The position numbers and the translations under genes were made by a program. A DNA stretch of 64,000 bases from Botryllus schlosseri (Eukaryota): assembly GCA_051294905.1 (NCBI GenBank), contig CM119386.1:11098001-11162000 (forward strand), given 5' to 3'. Below are positions 26,240 through 37,900 of this stretch, piece after piece; the stretch's first letter is position 1, and every line of letters begins with the position of its first letter. The notes beneath the pieces were generated by a model. It did no database searches and had not been told where the DNA came from. It saw only the letters and a program-made list of their open reading frames with translations.

Positions 26240-27040
26240 TACAGTGTCCTACATAGTGTAGACTGAGCGAGATTGAACGGTTCACTGCGTTTGGTCTTCG
26301 TCATACTTTCCATTTGACCAAAGGTCGGGTTACCATGCGTCCTCTTTTAAGAGGATTTGTCCTCTTTTTGAATTTTTTGAAAGTGTCCTCGGAGGACGTC
26401 CAAATGTCCTCTTTTTGAGATTTGGTCCTTATTTTTGAAAATTTTGATTAATTATGGGGCAAAATTCGACTGAGATACATCAAATCTGCGCTGAAGTAAC
26501 GCTCCGCTTGCTATTTCGAGAACTGGGCCGGAAGGTTTACATTTATTTAGTCAACCTCCTTATGGCGTGTAAGAAAAAAATGTATTTTCGGGAGTTGAGC
26601 CAGAAAGTTGACCTTTTTTTGGTAATCACCTGATGATGTGAAAGAATACTGTATTTTTCGGGATTTGAGCAAGAGAGTTGACCTTTTTTTAATGAACCGA
26701 CCACGAGGTGGGAAAAATTTACCATTTTTTCAGGATTTTCCTCTGGTTTTGAAAGTTTTAAAATTTTGAAAAAGTGTCCTCTTTTCAGATTTCCGAAATA
26801 TGATAAGCCTACCAAAGGCAATTATTACGGCTATTTGTTGACCGGATTGGCAAGCGCTAAATTCGATAAAACGGGTACCAATGGAAAGCTGCTGATGATG
26901 AATAATCTATAATTTTTATTCTGCTTATGATCCTGGAACCCTCCAAAATCAGCCTCGAATTATGCATTGTGATCGAGTTTGGCATTGTGACGCAACAGTG
27001 CTGCCTGGCTTTCTTGTAGCTTCACTCTCGTTTTGTCTAC
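26240..27040. mobile_element. Diverged half-copy of family P1, interrupted by a hAT MITE
   Basis: ACAGTGTCCTACATAGTGT end. The sequence continues after 26819 colinear with the arm of 32444-33034. Boundaries are approximate. Confidence 0.65.
26326..26811. mobile_element. hAT-type MITE (GGTTACCAT / ATGATAAGCCTA ends, GTCCTC repeats)
   Basis: Homologous to 27172-27605. TSD CCAAAGGT / CCAAAGGC (7/8). Confidence 0.8.
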
Positions 27041-27171
27041 TCCAGCCTCAGCGGAGCGGAACGAAGCTGCAAAATCGGTCATTGCCGTTCCTCCGTGTTT
27101 ACATTCTATAATATCAGTAGGCGAGAAGATGAAAATCGATCAAGTATCATAAATTTCTATTCTATTTAAAA

Positions 27172-27605
27172 TAGGCTTACCATACGTCCTCTTTTAAGAG
27201 GATTTGTCCTCTTTTTGACTTCTTTGAAAGTGTCCTCGGAGGACGGCCTTTTGTCCTCTTTTTTGAGATTTTGTCCTCTTTTTTTAAAATTTAGGTCAGA
27301 TTTAGAGCAAATTGCCAGTGATATGCCGTAAATTGGTACAAAAGTGACGCTCCGGAGGGTATTTCGGAGCGAAAAACGCTATATTGAGCTCCGTGTGGAG
27401 AGATGACCTTTTTTTTATTTGTCATTCACCTAGCAATGCGGAGAAAAAAACGTTATTTTGAGCTCTGAGTGCGAAGCGATGACCTTTTTTTTAGTCAACC
27501 GGTCACAAAGTGGAAACATTTTTTGAGAATTCTACTCCAGTTTTGCAAGTGTCAAAGTTCTGAAAAAGTGTCCTCTTTTTAGATTTCCAAAATATGGTAA
27601 GCCTA
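27172..27605. mobile_element. hAT-type MITE (434 bp)
   Basis: TIR TAGGCTTACCATA / TATGGTAAGCCTA. Perfect TSD ATTTAAAA. Confidence 0.92.
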
Positions 27606-27868
27606 ATTTAAAATATATTGGGCAGATCCGGTTTAATATTTTTCCTAAAGTCCAGGATCCGGAACGCGGTCATAATATCATAAACATATCATAGCGTCAA
27701 CGGAAGGCATCTGTATTCTAAAATCGCCTCTAACGCTGGATGATAGTGAATTTTTACGACCGAAATTCATGGAATAAATTTTCTCTTGACAGCAAAAATC
27801 AAACCGGATTCGAAAATTGAAAATCCGCTCATCTCTGATCAGATATGATCGGAGTCAGATATGCTTAT

Positions 27869-29291
27869 CAGAGATGAGCATGGATTAGGATTAGGATTTT
27901 AAAAAACAAGATTTGTGAAATTTTGTCGGATTTGGATTGGATTTGGATTAGGGATTTTTTTCTGAACGGATTAGGATTTGGATTGGATTTACCGATTTTC
28001 TGTGAGATTAATATGTCGTGTGGTGAATGGCGACAAACTTTATTCAGATCAGTTATTGATTTACTGATTGTACACTACACTACGGTACACTCGGTGTAAA
28101 TGAACATGAGGTGCAGCCCGATGCTAAGTTATTCTAAATCAAGAGAATCATTGGTTGTGAAAGAAAATTTTCCAATCCCCAGTGTTGGGATCAAGTCACT
28201 ACCTTCGAGTCACGAGTCATCTCGAGTCATTGCACATTTTGACTCGAGTCAAGTCAAGTCAATCGATTTTCGAAGGTGACTCGAGTCAAGTCAAGTCACT
28301 CGTTTTTTGGATGTGACTCGAGTCAAGTCAAGTCAAGTCAAGTCGAGTCACGAGTCAAGTCTCAATTCAAGTCAATTGAATTTTCGAAGTATCAGTGACG
28401 ATTCAAAGTCATTACATTTTGCTATGGCTGTGTGAAAGACAGAATAATTTGCTTATCTTGCATCAAATAACTAATATAAAGTTAAATACGCATGCGAGAA
28501 GGCGTTTTATCACGCAGACGTAGAACCGCAAATGAAATACGCGACTAGCCTATGCTACAGTCTGTTATTATATCAGCCAAAAATAGGATCGAATACGATG
28601 CCTGGAGAAGTTGTAACAAATTGATATGGATTTGAATCATATAAGAAGGTTGGTAAAGGTGATCACTGCGCAATGTTAGCACTGAGCCGTCTAAGAAACA
28701 TGGATACGTTAATTGCTATTGTATTCCTCTTCTTCTTCTTCTGCTACTACTACTGCGACAACGTAACCTGTGATCATTTCGTTTGTGGTCAATATATTTG
28801 TGATGCAATAATGGAGGAGCATTCGAACGTTCATTCAGTGAATGCCTACGGTTAGTGGTTACTCTCACAAGTGACAGAGGCGTATCGCTAACAATACGAA
28901 CATATGCACAAAATACACTGATTTGATTAAGACCGTTTACTTGATGACTTGAAATTGACTCGTAAATTTTGCTCCGAGTCACGAGTCAATCCGCATTTTT
29001 GAAGCGCCGAGTCAAGTCAAGTCAAGTCATTTTTGCAAAGTGACTCGAGTCAAGTCAAGTCATACGAAAAAGTGACTCGAGTCTGACTCGAGTCAAGTCA
29101 TGACTCGAGTCATCCCAACAATCCCTCCTTTGCATAAATTAGCATTTTTTCTGAATTTCAAGTTGGAATCGGATTAGGATTGGACATGGTCTTGAATATG
29201 AAAAAGTTCTGGATTAAGTTTTGGATTTGGATTTTAGGCTTCGGATTTGGATTGGATTAGGACATAGATATTCCAAATCCGCTCATCTCTG
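27869..29291. mobile_element. hAT-type MITE with GGATT repeats, host of 28180-29120
   Basis: TIR CAGAGATGAGC / GCTCATCTCTG. Perfect TSD ATGCTTAT. Another right end of this family is at ~27826-27836. Confidence 0.9.
28180..29120. mobile_element. CAAGT/GACTCGAGT-array element (second copy), right end eroded
   Basis: Left TIR CAGTGTTGGGAT preceded by CCAATCCC. The right end reads ATCCCAACA-ATCCC, consistent with a small deletion across the TIR/TSD junction. Confidence 0.85.
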
Positions 29292-29406
29292 ATGCTTATT
29301 CTGCTTTGCAGATTTTGAAAGTGCAAACAGCTCACTTTCCAGTTGATTGACTCAGTCGGGTTAAAAATATCTGTAATATGTAGCGTTTACATAACATGAG
29401 TGTAAC

Positions 29407-31524
29407 CATAGTGTCCTATATGGTGTCGACACAAGCAAATCGCACGGTTCAATGAAATTGTATCACGTCACAGTTTCCATTTGGCTACAGGCAATTTAAC
29501 GGTGATTTTTGACCGGCTTGCCGAGCATTAAATTTGATGAATCGGGTATCAATCGAAAGCTGACTCTGCACTGATTACGAAAATATAAATTTTATTCCGC
29601 TCGCGGCCCTGGAACCCCCACAATCAGCCCCCAATTATTCATTGTCGAGTAGATTGGCAGTGTGACGCAACAATGCTGTCTGGCGAAACGAGAGACTAGC
29701 TCAAGAGCAAGGATGCGGCCGAGCGGCGAGAGTGGGATCAGCTGACGTCGCGGCAATAGCGATGTGCAAACGCGCCACAGAGAAACGCTGCGCTGTTGAC
29801 ACTTTTTCTATGCGTTTCGGTACAAGCGAGCACACACCAGCCTTTCCTTGACTTGTAAGGGTAGGACTGGGTCCACAGAATGTATTAGGGCCCTACCAAT
29901 TTTCGCGCAATATCCTTCAGCTGATAAAGATATGTAGGCTACGTCTAAGTAGTCTACATTGGATATGTCAGATTATTATGATATCGATTGCCTTAGCCCG
30001 CTTGTTGCGTAGGGCTCCAGAGACACGTCGCGCTGTTGATGGCGGGTGTCGATACTTTCTATAGTCGCTTTTATGGTTAAGTGTGAGGAAGGAGCATTGA
30101 GCATGAGCATACATTACAAGCTTTTATTTGATCCGTATGGGTAGGACTTGGTCCGCGAATGCAGCAGGTAAAATGTTGATTGTTGAATAAAGTGTAACAG
30201 TGTAACAGCAGGAGTGTCGAATTAAACTGGTATCGCTGTCCGGATTCAATCCGTTACTAGAAAGCTTGCGGGCCATACCTGCCAAATGATTCCAAAATGT
30301 TACCACCAAATTCATACCTTTGTTTTTCACTGGAATATATCTGATATCACTATAAACATTGACGTTGGAATTTGGTTTAGCATTTTTCAATCACCAAATA
30401 GTTTTTTTGAATGCCGGGCACCTTTTGCGTCAAAAGTAATACAGTGGTATCACAGATATTTGAAATATATTCATTCTATAGCCTGTATATATATTCCTAA
30501 TGTAACGTACGTAAAACGGATTTGCAGTATTTTTTTTCGCATCTGTGAATAACTGAATGTCCATTGTCCATTCGGCCCAACAGAGTTTGCACTTTCTCGC
30601 CTTCTCGGAATTTGGCAAGGTCACCGACGTGGTGCTTATGGGGACTAGAGTGAAAACTCAACACTGTAGTTGTATTACTACAATATGATATATTTATATT
30701 ATCTAAATTTGCTGTCTTGAGTGAATCTTATTACTTGAAAGTATATTTTTCTTACTAGAAATATCTCTAACAGCTGAAGGATTGCGCGAAAATTGGTAGG
30801 GACCAAATACATTCCGTGGACCCAGTTCTACCATTACAAGTCAAGGAAAGGCTGGTGTGTGCTCGCTTTTAGCGAAGCGCATAGAAAAAGTATCAACAGC
30901 GCCACGCATCTCTGGAGCCCTACGCTACAAGCGGGCTAAGGCAATCGATATCATAATAATCTGACATATCCGATGTAGACTACTTAGACGTAGCCTACAC
31001 ATCTCTATCAGCTGAAGGATATTGCGCGAAAATTGTAGGGCCCTAATACATTCCGTGGACCCAGTTCTACCCTTACAAGTCAAGGAAAGGCTGGTGTGTG
31101 CTCGCTTGTACCGAAACGCATAGAAAAAGTATCAACAGCGCAGCGTTTCTCTGTGGCGCGGTTGCACATTGCTATTGCCGCGACGTCAGCTGATCCCACT
31201 CTCGCCGCTCGGCCGCATCCTTGCTCTTGAGTTAGTCTCTCGTTTCGCCAGACATCATTGTTGCGTCACACTGCCAATCTACTCGACAATGAATAATTTG
31301 GGGCAGATTGTGGGGGTTCCAGGGCCATGAGTGGAATAAAATTTATATTTTCGCAAGCAGTACAGCGTCAGCTTTCGATTGATACCCGATTCATCAAATT
31401 TAATGCTCGGCAAGTCGGTCAAAAATCACCGTCAAATTGCCTGTAGCCAAATGGAAACTGTGACGTGATACAATTTCATTGAACCGTGCGATTTGCTTGT
31501 GTCGACACCATATAGGACACTATG
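29407..31524. mobile_element. Long foldback element, family P1 (2118 bp, ~630-bp TIRs with an internal direct repeat)
   Basis: Ends CATAGTGTCCTATATGGTGTCGACAC on both sides. Arms ~29407-30040 and ~30890-31524. An extra copy of a ~125-bp TIR unit sits at ~30770-30900. 7-bp TSD GTGTAAC. Confidence 0.9.
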
Positions 31525-32289
31525 GTGTAACGGTGTCGTCATAATAACTAGGGCTGGGCACAATGATTCGAGTACTCGAATCTGAATCGAGTAATTATTT
31601 TCATGATTCGAGTCGAGTAGCAAAAGACGATTTTTTCGAGTACTGAAATTATACGCTCCTCGATACTGAAAGTTATTTTATCAACGAGAATTATGGTTTT
31701 GATACCATTTTCCACTGCGAAAGCCTTGAAACTCTGATTTACCGTATCACAGCATACGAAGCATAGTACAAAACTACTAAGGTTACTGGAAAAAACATTT
31801 CCGAAGTCATGATCCTCCCACGACATTGTCACAAAGTGCAATGAAAGCGGTAGGGTCGGGGAAATACCGAAGTATCTTCAATGTGATGGATATCAGGCAA
31901 TATATTCTTTGCGTTGGCATAAAACAGTGGTTCCCAACCTGTGGTACGCGTACCACTAGTGGTACGCGAAGGTCTTCCAGGTGGTACGCGAGTAGATTTC
32001 TATTTTCTTTTTTTTAATGAAGAGAGTTATTAGTTCAGGTGGGGTTGATTTTGAGTTTTTTGAAGCCGTCGTCGTCGTGGGATGGTACGTCCGTGGTAAG
32101 GTACGTTTTTTCTCACCACTGTGACATGTTGTGCCTACATGACCGGTCTATTCTCTGTTGATCCAGCCGACCTGCCTGTCGGGACTGGGGAGCAAGAGGA
32201 GCTCATATATATCCAGGATGACCAGACACCAAAGACGAAACACTAAGATTTTTCTCGAATAAACTGCTGGCTTAGCATGGACTTCTCGT

Positions 32290-33092
32290 ACTCGGCGCTA
32301 GCTTCTCACGCTATTATTACCCAGATGCTAATTTCCCCTTCTACGTGGGAGTGGGAGCAAGGATTTTCATCCCTGATGACTATCAAGTCGAAGAAACGAA
32401 ACCGACATGTTGCGCTCGTGCATGACTTTCGATGCGCTGTCAGTGTAGTGTCCTATATGGTGTGGACACAAGCAAATCTCAGGGCTCAGTGAAATTGGTC
32501 TCCGCCACATTTTCCATTTGGCAACAAAGGCAACTTTACGGCCATTTTTGACCGGGTTGTCGAGCGCTAAATTCGATAAAACGGGTATCAATGGAAAGCT
32601 GTTGCTGTACTGATTACGAAAATATAAATTTTATTCTGTTCCTGGTCCTGGAATCCCGAAAACCAGCCTCAAATTTTGCATTGTAACCGAGTTTTGACAT
32701 TCTGACACAACAATTCTGTCCGGCAAAACGAGAGTGAAGTTAAGAAAGAAAGAGCCAGGCAGCATTGTTGCGTCACAATTCGAAACTCGATCACAATGCA
32801 AAATTCGAGGCAGGTTTTGGGGGGTTCCGGGACCAGGAGCAAACTAAAATTTGTATTTTCGTGTTCACTACAGCAGCAGCTTTCCATTGATACACGTTTT
32901 ATCCAATTTAGCGCTCGGCAAGCCGGTCAAAAATGGCCGTAAAGTTGCCTTTGACCAAATGGAAAGTGTTACGTCGACCAATTTCACTGAGCCGTGAGAG
33001 ATATGCTTGTTTCCACACCATATAGGACACTATGCTGTGAGTCACGCATCGACCAGCTAGTGAAAAATAAACAAATGCAGCCATCGCCTTAA
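32290..33092 (+). pseudogene. hAT transposase C-terminal (dimerization) domain remnant, split by a foldback insertion
   Basis: PSTWEWEQGFSSLMTIKSKKRNR...HDFRCAVS before 32444 and RIDQLVKNKQMQPSP* after 33035. This matches the Buster/Charlie-type ending (STyxCEqgFS..IKtKkRnRL...RI..LV..KQ..PSH). Confidence 0.8.
32444..33034. mobile_element. Foldback element, family P1 subfamily (591 bp)
   Basis: Ends (TG)TAGTGTCCTATATGGTG / CACCATATAGGACACTATG. Long imperfect arms. 7-bp TSD CTGTCAG / CTGTGAG. Confidence 0.85.
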
Positions 33093-33546
33093 ATTTCATT
33101 ATGTTGTTCTTCTTGTCACTGGTGGTGAATAAACAATGCCATGCACTCCATCAACCCTGGCTGATAATGCCTAGTTTAACAGAATTTGCGATTACACCTC
33201 GCATAGGTCAAATACGCGATTATGACATCAAAATTGTGGAACATATGTAGGTGGTACGCGAGCACTGCATAAAACCTCGAAATGGTACGTGGGTCGAAAA
33301 AGGTTGGGAACCACTGGCATAAAAGGTACATATTTGAACTTTGACATACTACATTTTTTCTGTGACGTCATAACGAGTGATACTCGAATACTCGACTCGA
33401 CTCGAAGCATAATACGTGATTCAGAATCGAATCACTCAGGTACTCGATTTTGCCCAGCCCTAATAATAACTGAGAGCAGTTGAATAAACTGATACATTCG
33501 TTGTCAAATTATATATTATATAGTCAAATGCGACCGTAGTTGTATG

Positions 33547-34548
33547 CAGAGATGCCACTACTGGGTTTTTCCACCCAGATCTGGGTTTTTCGGGCATCAC
33601 CTGGGTTTTTGTGCTTGAAATCTGATATTTTTTCCAACATCATGTGCAAAATCATGCGCAAAATGGATTAGTAAGATCTTCTTATGTCGACGGATTCCAC
33701 TGTGATTGAAACGGCAGAGTCCAAAGAGACCCATTAAAATTAGAGGTCTTGGCGTGATGCGATAGAGCTTCATTGAATACTGACTACTAGATCGCAGAAA
33801 GTCATGTTCACAGGGCAATTCTGATTTAGGACTTGAATGGTACCGGTAGCGCTGCAACAAATTCGTTGTGTGTCAGTAAATAGTATGTAAGTGCTGTAAA
33901 GTATGCAATTTATGCACATTGAAAGACCAATTGTTGATCCAACTAATTTACCATGTTGACATTAGAGTATATTCACTTTCAACAGGGACACTCGAAGAGA
34001 GACATTTTTTGCAACCGGGCAAGTTATTCAGAGAGAGAGGGGTTTGTTTAACGCAAATGTACTCTTAATTTCATGATTTGGCAGTTTCTTTTTCGACTAA
34101 ACATCCCAGATAAAAGTGTTTGTCCCAGGTTTAATGAAGCTATTTTCAAACTATCTGGTCAGCTCACAGTCACTAGAACTAGGCCTACCCTACAATCATC
34201 CTCACGATAGATGGGGATTAGCATTGTTACTAACATTGCGAATATATAATACACTACGTATTGACCCCCCCATACCGAATGCCTGGTAGCAATGTGTCGA
34301 GAGGAAAACATCATATTTCGATGGATTTGCTCATTTAACTATTATAGTAGGCTATGGAAATGAACCGTTGGGATTTCAATATCAAGGGCTAAAACTTCTT
34401 CTATGTCCGTATAACTGTGATTGATGACTCTCAGTCACTGTTTTACAGCTATATCATAGAAATTTGAGTGAAATAGAGGGTCTGAGTTTTTCTGTTTTTT
34501 TTAACGTCCAAATCTGGGTTTTTCCAAAATATCTCAGTGGCATCTCTG
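33547..34548. mobile_element. hAT-type non-autonomous element (1002 bp)
   Basis: TIR CAGAGATGCCACT / AGTGGCATCTCTG. Perfect TSD GTTGTATG. CTGGGTTTTT subterminal repeats. Confidence 0.92.
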
Positions 34549-34939
34549 GTTGTATGCTATACCGGCCACGTACGGTATGGGATTAACGGTGTCACGGTAC
34601 GGTCCAGGTATGGTACTGAATGGCAGACTGATAGGCGTCTAAACAATGTGATTTTACCTTTTTTATCCACCATTTTAAACTGTTATCTCTCAATCTTACT
34701 GCGATACTTGTCACGGCTATACAGTAAACATAAACAGTCAGCCAACCATAGGCACTATAAGCAAGGCAGGAATATATTATGTAATTGAATATTTTGCATT
34801 TTTCAGAACCCACCACACCCACACTAAATGTCATATTTGCCTTACAATGTATATGTGCAAAGTGTAAAATGTCCATAAAAGTGCTCTAAAAAAGTTACAA
34901 TAAACAATGCAATTTTTATTCTCTAGCTTCAATCAATAA

Positions 34940-37900
34940 ATGAATATGGATACAAAACAACACACCGCCGAAGAGGACGACTTTCTCGCTAAAGGCAACA
35001 TCAGAGACAGTTTTCAGGAATATGAAGAAACTGTAGCTTTGATAGAAAACTTACCGAAAGCATACCGCACACAGACAAGCTCCGAATTATCTGACGAGAA
35101 ATTCATCAGCATACTTGACAAATATCAAGAGCAACCACATTTATTGGACCCACATTTAGAAGACCTACTGAGAAGACTGATGAAATATGTACGGAAGGAG
35201 GATTCATCAAAGTTATTGCTGCACGCTTTCCGATATATGTACCTCATAACGAAAGTCCGAGGGCACAAAGTCATCGTAAGACTGTTCCCACATGAAGTCG
35301 CAGATTTGGAACCCATTATGACAATGTTAGCCAAGCAAGATCCGCATGACCGAGGATCGTGGGAAGTTAAGTACATGCTGTTACTGTGGCTGTCTATGAT
35401 ATGTCTGATTCCGTTTGATATGAAAAGATTTGATAGTTCAAAGAACGAACCGTTGATGGAGAGGATTATAAAAATCGGCAAACTATACCTTACCTTGAAT
35501 ACAGACAACTGTCAAGATGCTGCAGCTTTGGTGCTTGCTAAACTGTTGACCAGGCCCGATGCGCAAGGCGTTCATTTGCCTGCCTTCCTGGACTGGTGTG
35601 TGGAACAAATCAAAGAAGGGGTCCTTGATAAAGTCGCACTGTTGCGTGGCCCGCTTTTGGCACTTGTTGCAATATTCTCCATCGGAAAACGTAGCAACAC
35701 TGTGAGTTATGCTCCTACCATTCTTGAATGCCTGGAGAAGCATGATATTTTCAACAACACTCATTCCAATATGAGGAAATTGGCCGTTAAACTTGTTCAA
35801 AGAATAGGCACTACTTTGTTGAAGCCTATTTTGCCAAAATGGAGATATCATAGAGGATCGAGGTCTTTGAAAGACACCTTGAGTGGTCAGAATTTGAAAT
35901 CAAATGATGAGAAGATGGAGCCTGAAAAAGACGAGGAGGATGAATATGACATCCCTGACGAAATTGAATCAGTCATTGAACATCTTTTAAAAGCTTTATA
36001 CGATTCTGACACCATCGTCCGTTGGTCTGCTGCGAAAGGAATCGGCCGAGTCACTGGGCGTTTACCTCGTGAGCTTGCGGACGAAGTGGTGGGCTCTGTC
36101 ATCGATTGCTTTTCACAGCTTCAGTCTGACGGTGCGTACCATGGCGGATGTCTGACATTAGCAGAACTGGGGAGACGTGGGTTGCTATTACCAGAGAGAC
36201 TTGGTGAAGTAGTTCCGTTATTACTGCGATCGTTGGTTTTCGATGTAAAACGTGGGGCTTTCAGTGTTGGGGCTAATGTTCGTGACTCCGCCTGCTATTT
36301 GGCATGGTCGTTCGCACGTGCGTACGCGTCGGAAGCCATTGCTCCTTTTGTGGATAAGATCGCAGGATCGCTGCTTATCGTTACGGCGTTCGATAGAGAA
36401 GTGAATTGCCGCAGGGCCGCGTCTGCCGCGTTTCAAGAAAATGTTGGCAGACAGGGTCAATTTCCACACGGAATCGACATTCTGACAAAAGCAGACTATT
36501 TTGCTGTCGGCAACCGATCTGACGCGTATTTGGTGATAGCTCCTTATATCGCTTCGTACAAAGAATATACGAAATCCTTCATAGACCATCTGTGTGATCG
36601 CAAGATCGACCATTGGGATATAGACATACAGTGGCTCGCTGCCAAATCTCTCGCAAAGCTAACGCCGCTGAGTCCGTTGTATATGTCTACGGAAGTGTTG
36701 GAAAAGTTGTTACCCATGTGTACAGGAATTGACTTGGTAGGACGCCATGGTAGTATTATCGCTGTCGCTGAGATTATGCATGCACTTTTTGAAGTGGAAA
36801 CAGAAAAGGCGATTGTGGGTTTGATATCAAAGAATAAACATCTAAAGACGATTTACAATATCGTGAAAGTCGCGAGTGATGCGAAACTGTTCCGCGGTTA
36901 CGGTAACGAGCTGATGCGGTTGGCGTGTTGTCATTTAATCACCCGTGCGTCTCAATGCCGCGATTTGATCGCCCCGCCTCCCAGAACCACCGAAAGCTGG
37001 CTGGACATCATCCACGACACGCTTTCCAATCTGCATTTGTTTACAGAGGTTGAAAAAATGTGCGATTCTGCTGTCAATGCGCTGTCGGAGGTGAACCATA
37101 TTACGATACCCGATTTCACTGAAGTAGCCGTAAATAAGGATTCAGCCGGCGACGCTGGAAAGGTGCTGGATCAATATTTATCCAAGCTCAAAAGCTCATC
37201 GGAAAAAGAGAGAGTCGGATATTCCCAAGCAATATCAGCTCTGCCGAGGCATGTACTTCGAGGTAACTACAAAAAAGTTCTGTATACTCTAATGAGAGCT
37301 ACGAAGCCGTACGGCAATGAAACCTCGGCGTTTGCAGAAGCTCATATGCAAGCCGTGCAGGCGTTAGTGAAGATATCTCAATGCATGGAGATTGATGTGA
37401 CGGGCGACCCGGACACATACCTATGCCAGGAAACCCTTAACGATATTTTTGACACCCTTGTAGAGAGCTTGTCGGACTATACGAAAGATTCAAGAGGCGA
37501 CGTAGGATCGATGGTTAGACTTGAGGGTATCAAAGGTATCCGAGCTTTGACAAGTAACCTTGTCAAAAAGCAGTCTGCCATACTGGACGAAGAGATGGTT
37601 ACAAAAATAATGTGCTGTCTCCTGCAACATTCTGGTGAAAAAATACACCGTGTACGCGACGGCGCCAGAGACGCGGTGTACTTAGTTTTGTTTCACGAGC
37701 CAGAAATACCGCACATACCACACCGCGAGGAGTTGCGGCAAATATTTCACAGCGCGACACGTCAACCTGGTATGAAAGACCTTTTCGAAATGACCTCACG
37801 GGTGCTGGCATTCGACGTTTATTTGTACAATATGCTATTGGGACTTGTGGTGTCTGTGGGCGATTTAACGTTGTCGCTAGCTGCTGCAAGTGGTGAGGCT

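Larger units (their letters stand above)
31925..33316 (+). mobile_element. Internally deleted Charlie/Buster-like hAT element
   Basis: TIR CAGTGGTTCCCAACCT / AGGTTGGGAACCACTG. Perfect TSD GCATAAAA. GTGGTACGCG subterminal repeats. Carries a transposase C-terminal remnant. Confidence 0.9.
31549..33462. mobile_element. hAT-type element (TAGGGCTGGGCA ends), outer layer of a three-level nest
   Basis: TIR TAGGGCTGGGCA / TGCCCAGCCCTA. Perfect TSD ATAATAAC. TACTCGA subterminal repeats. Confidence 0.9.
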
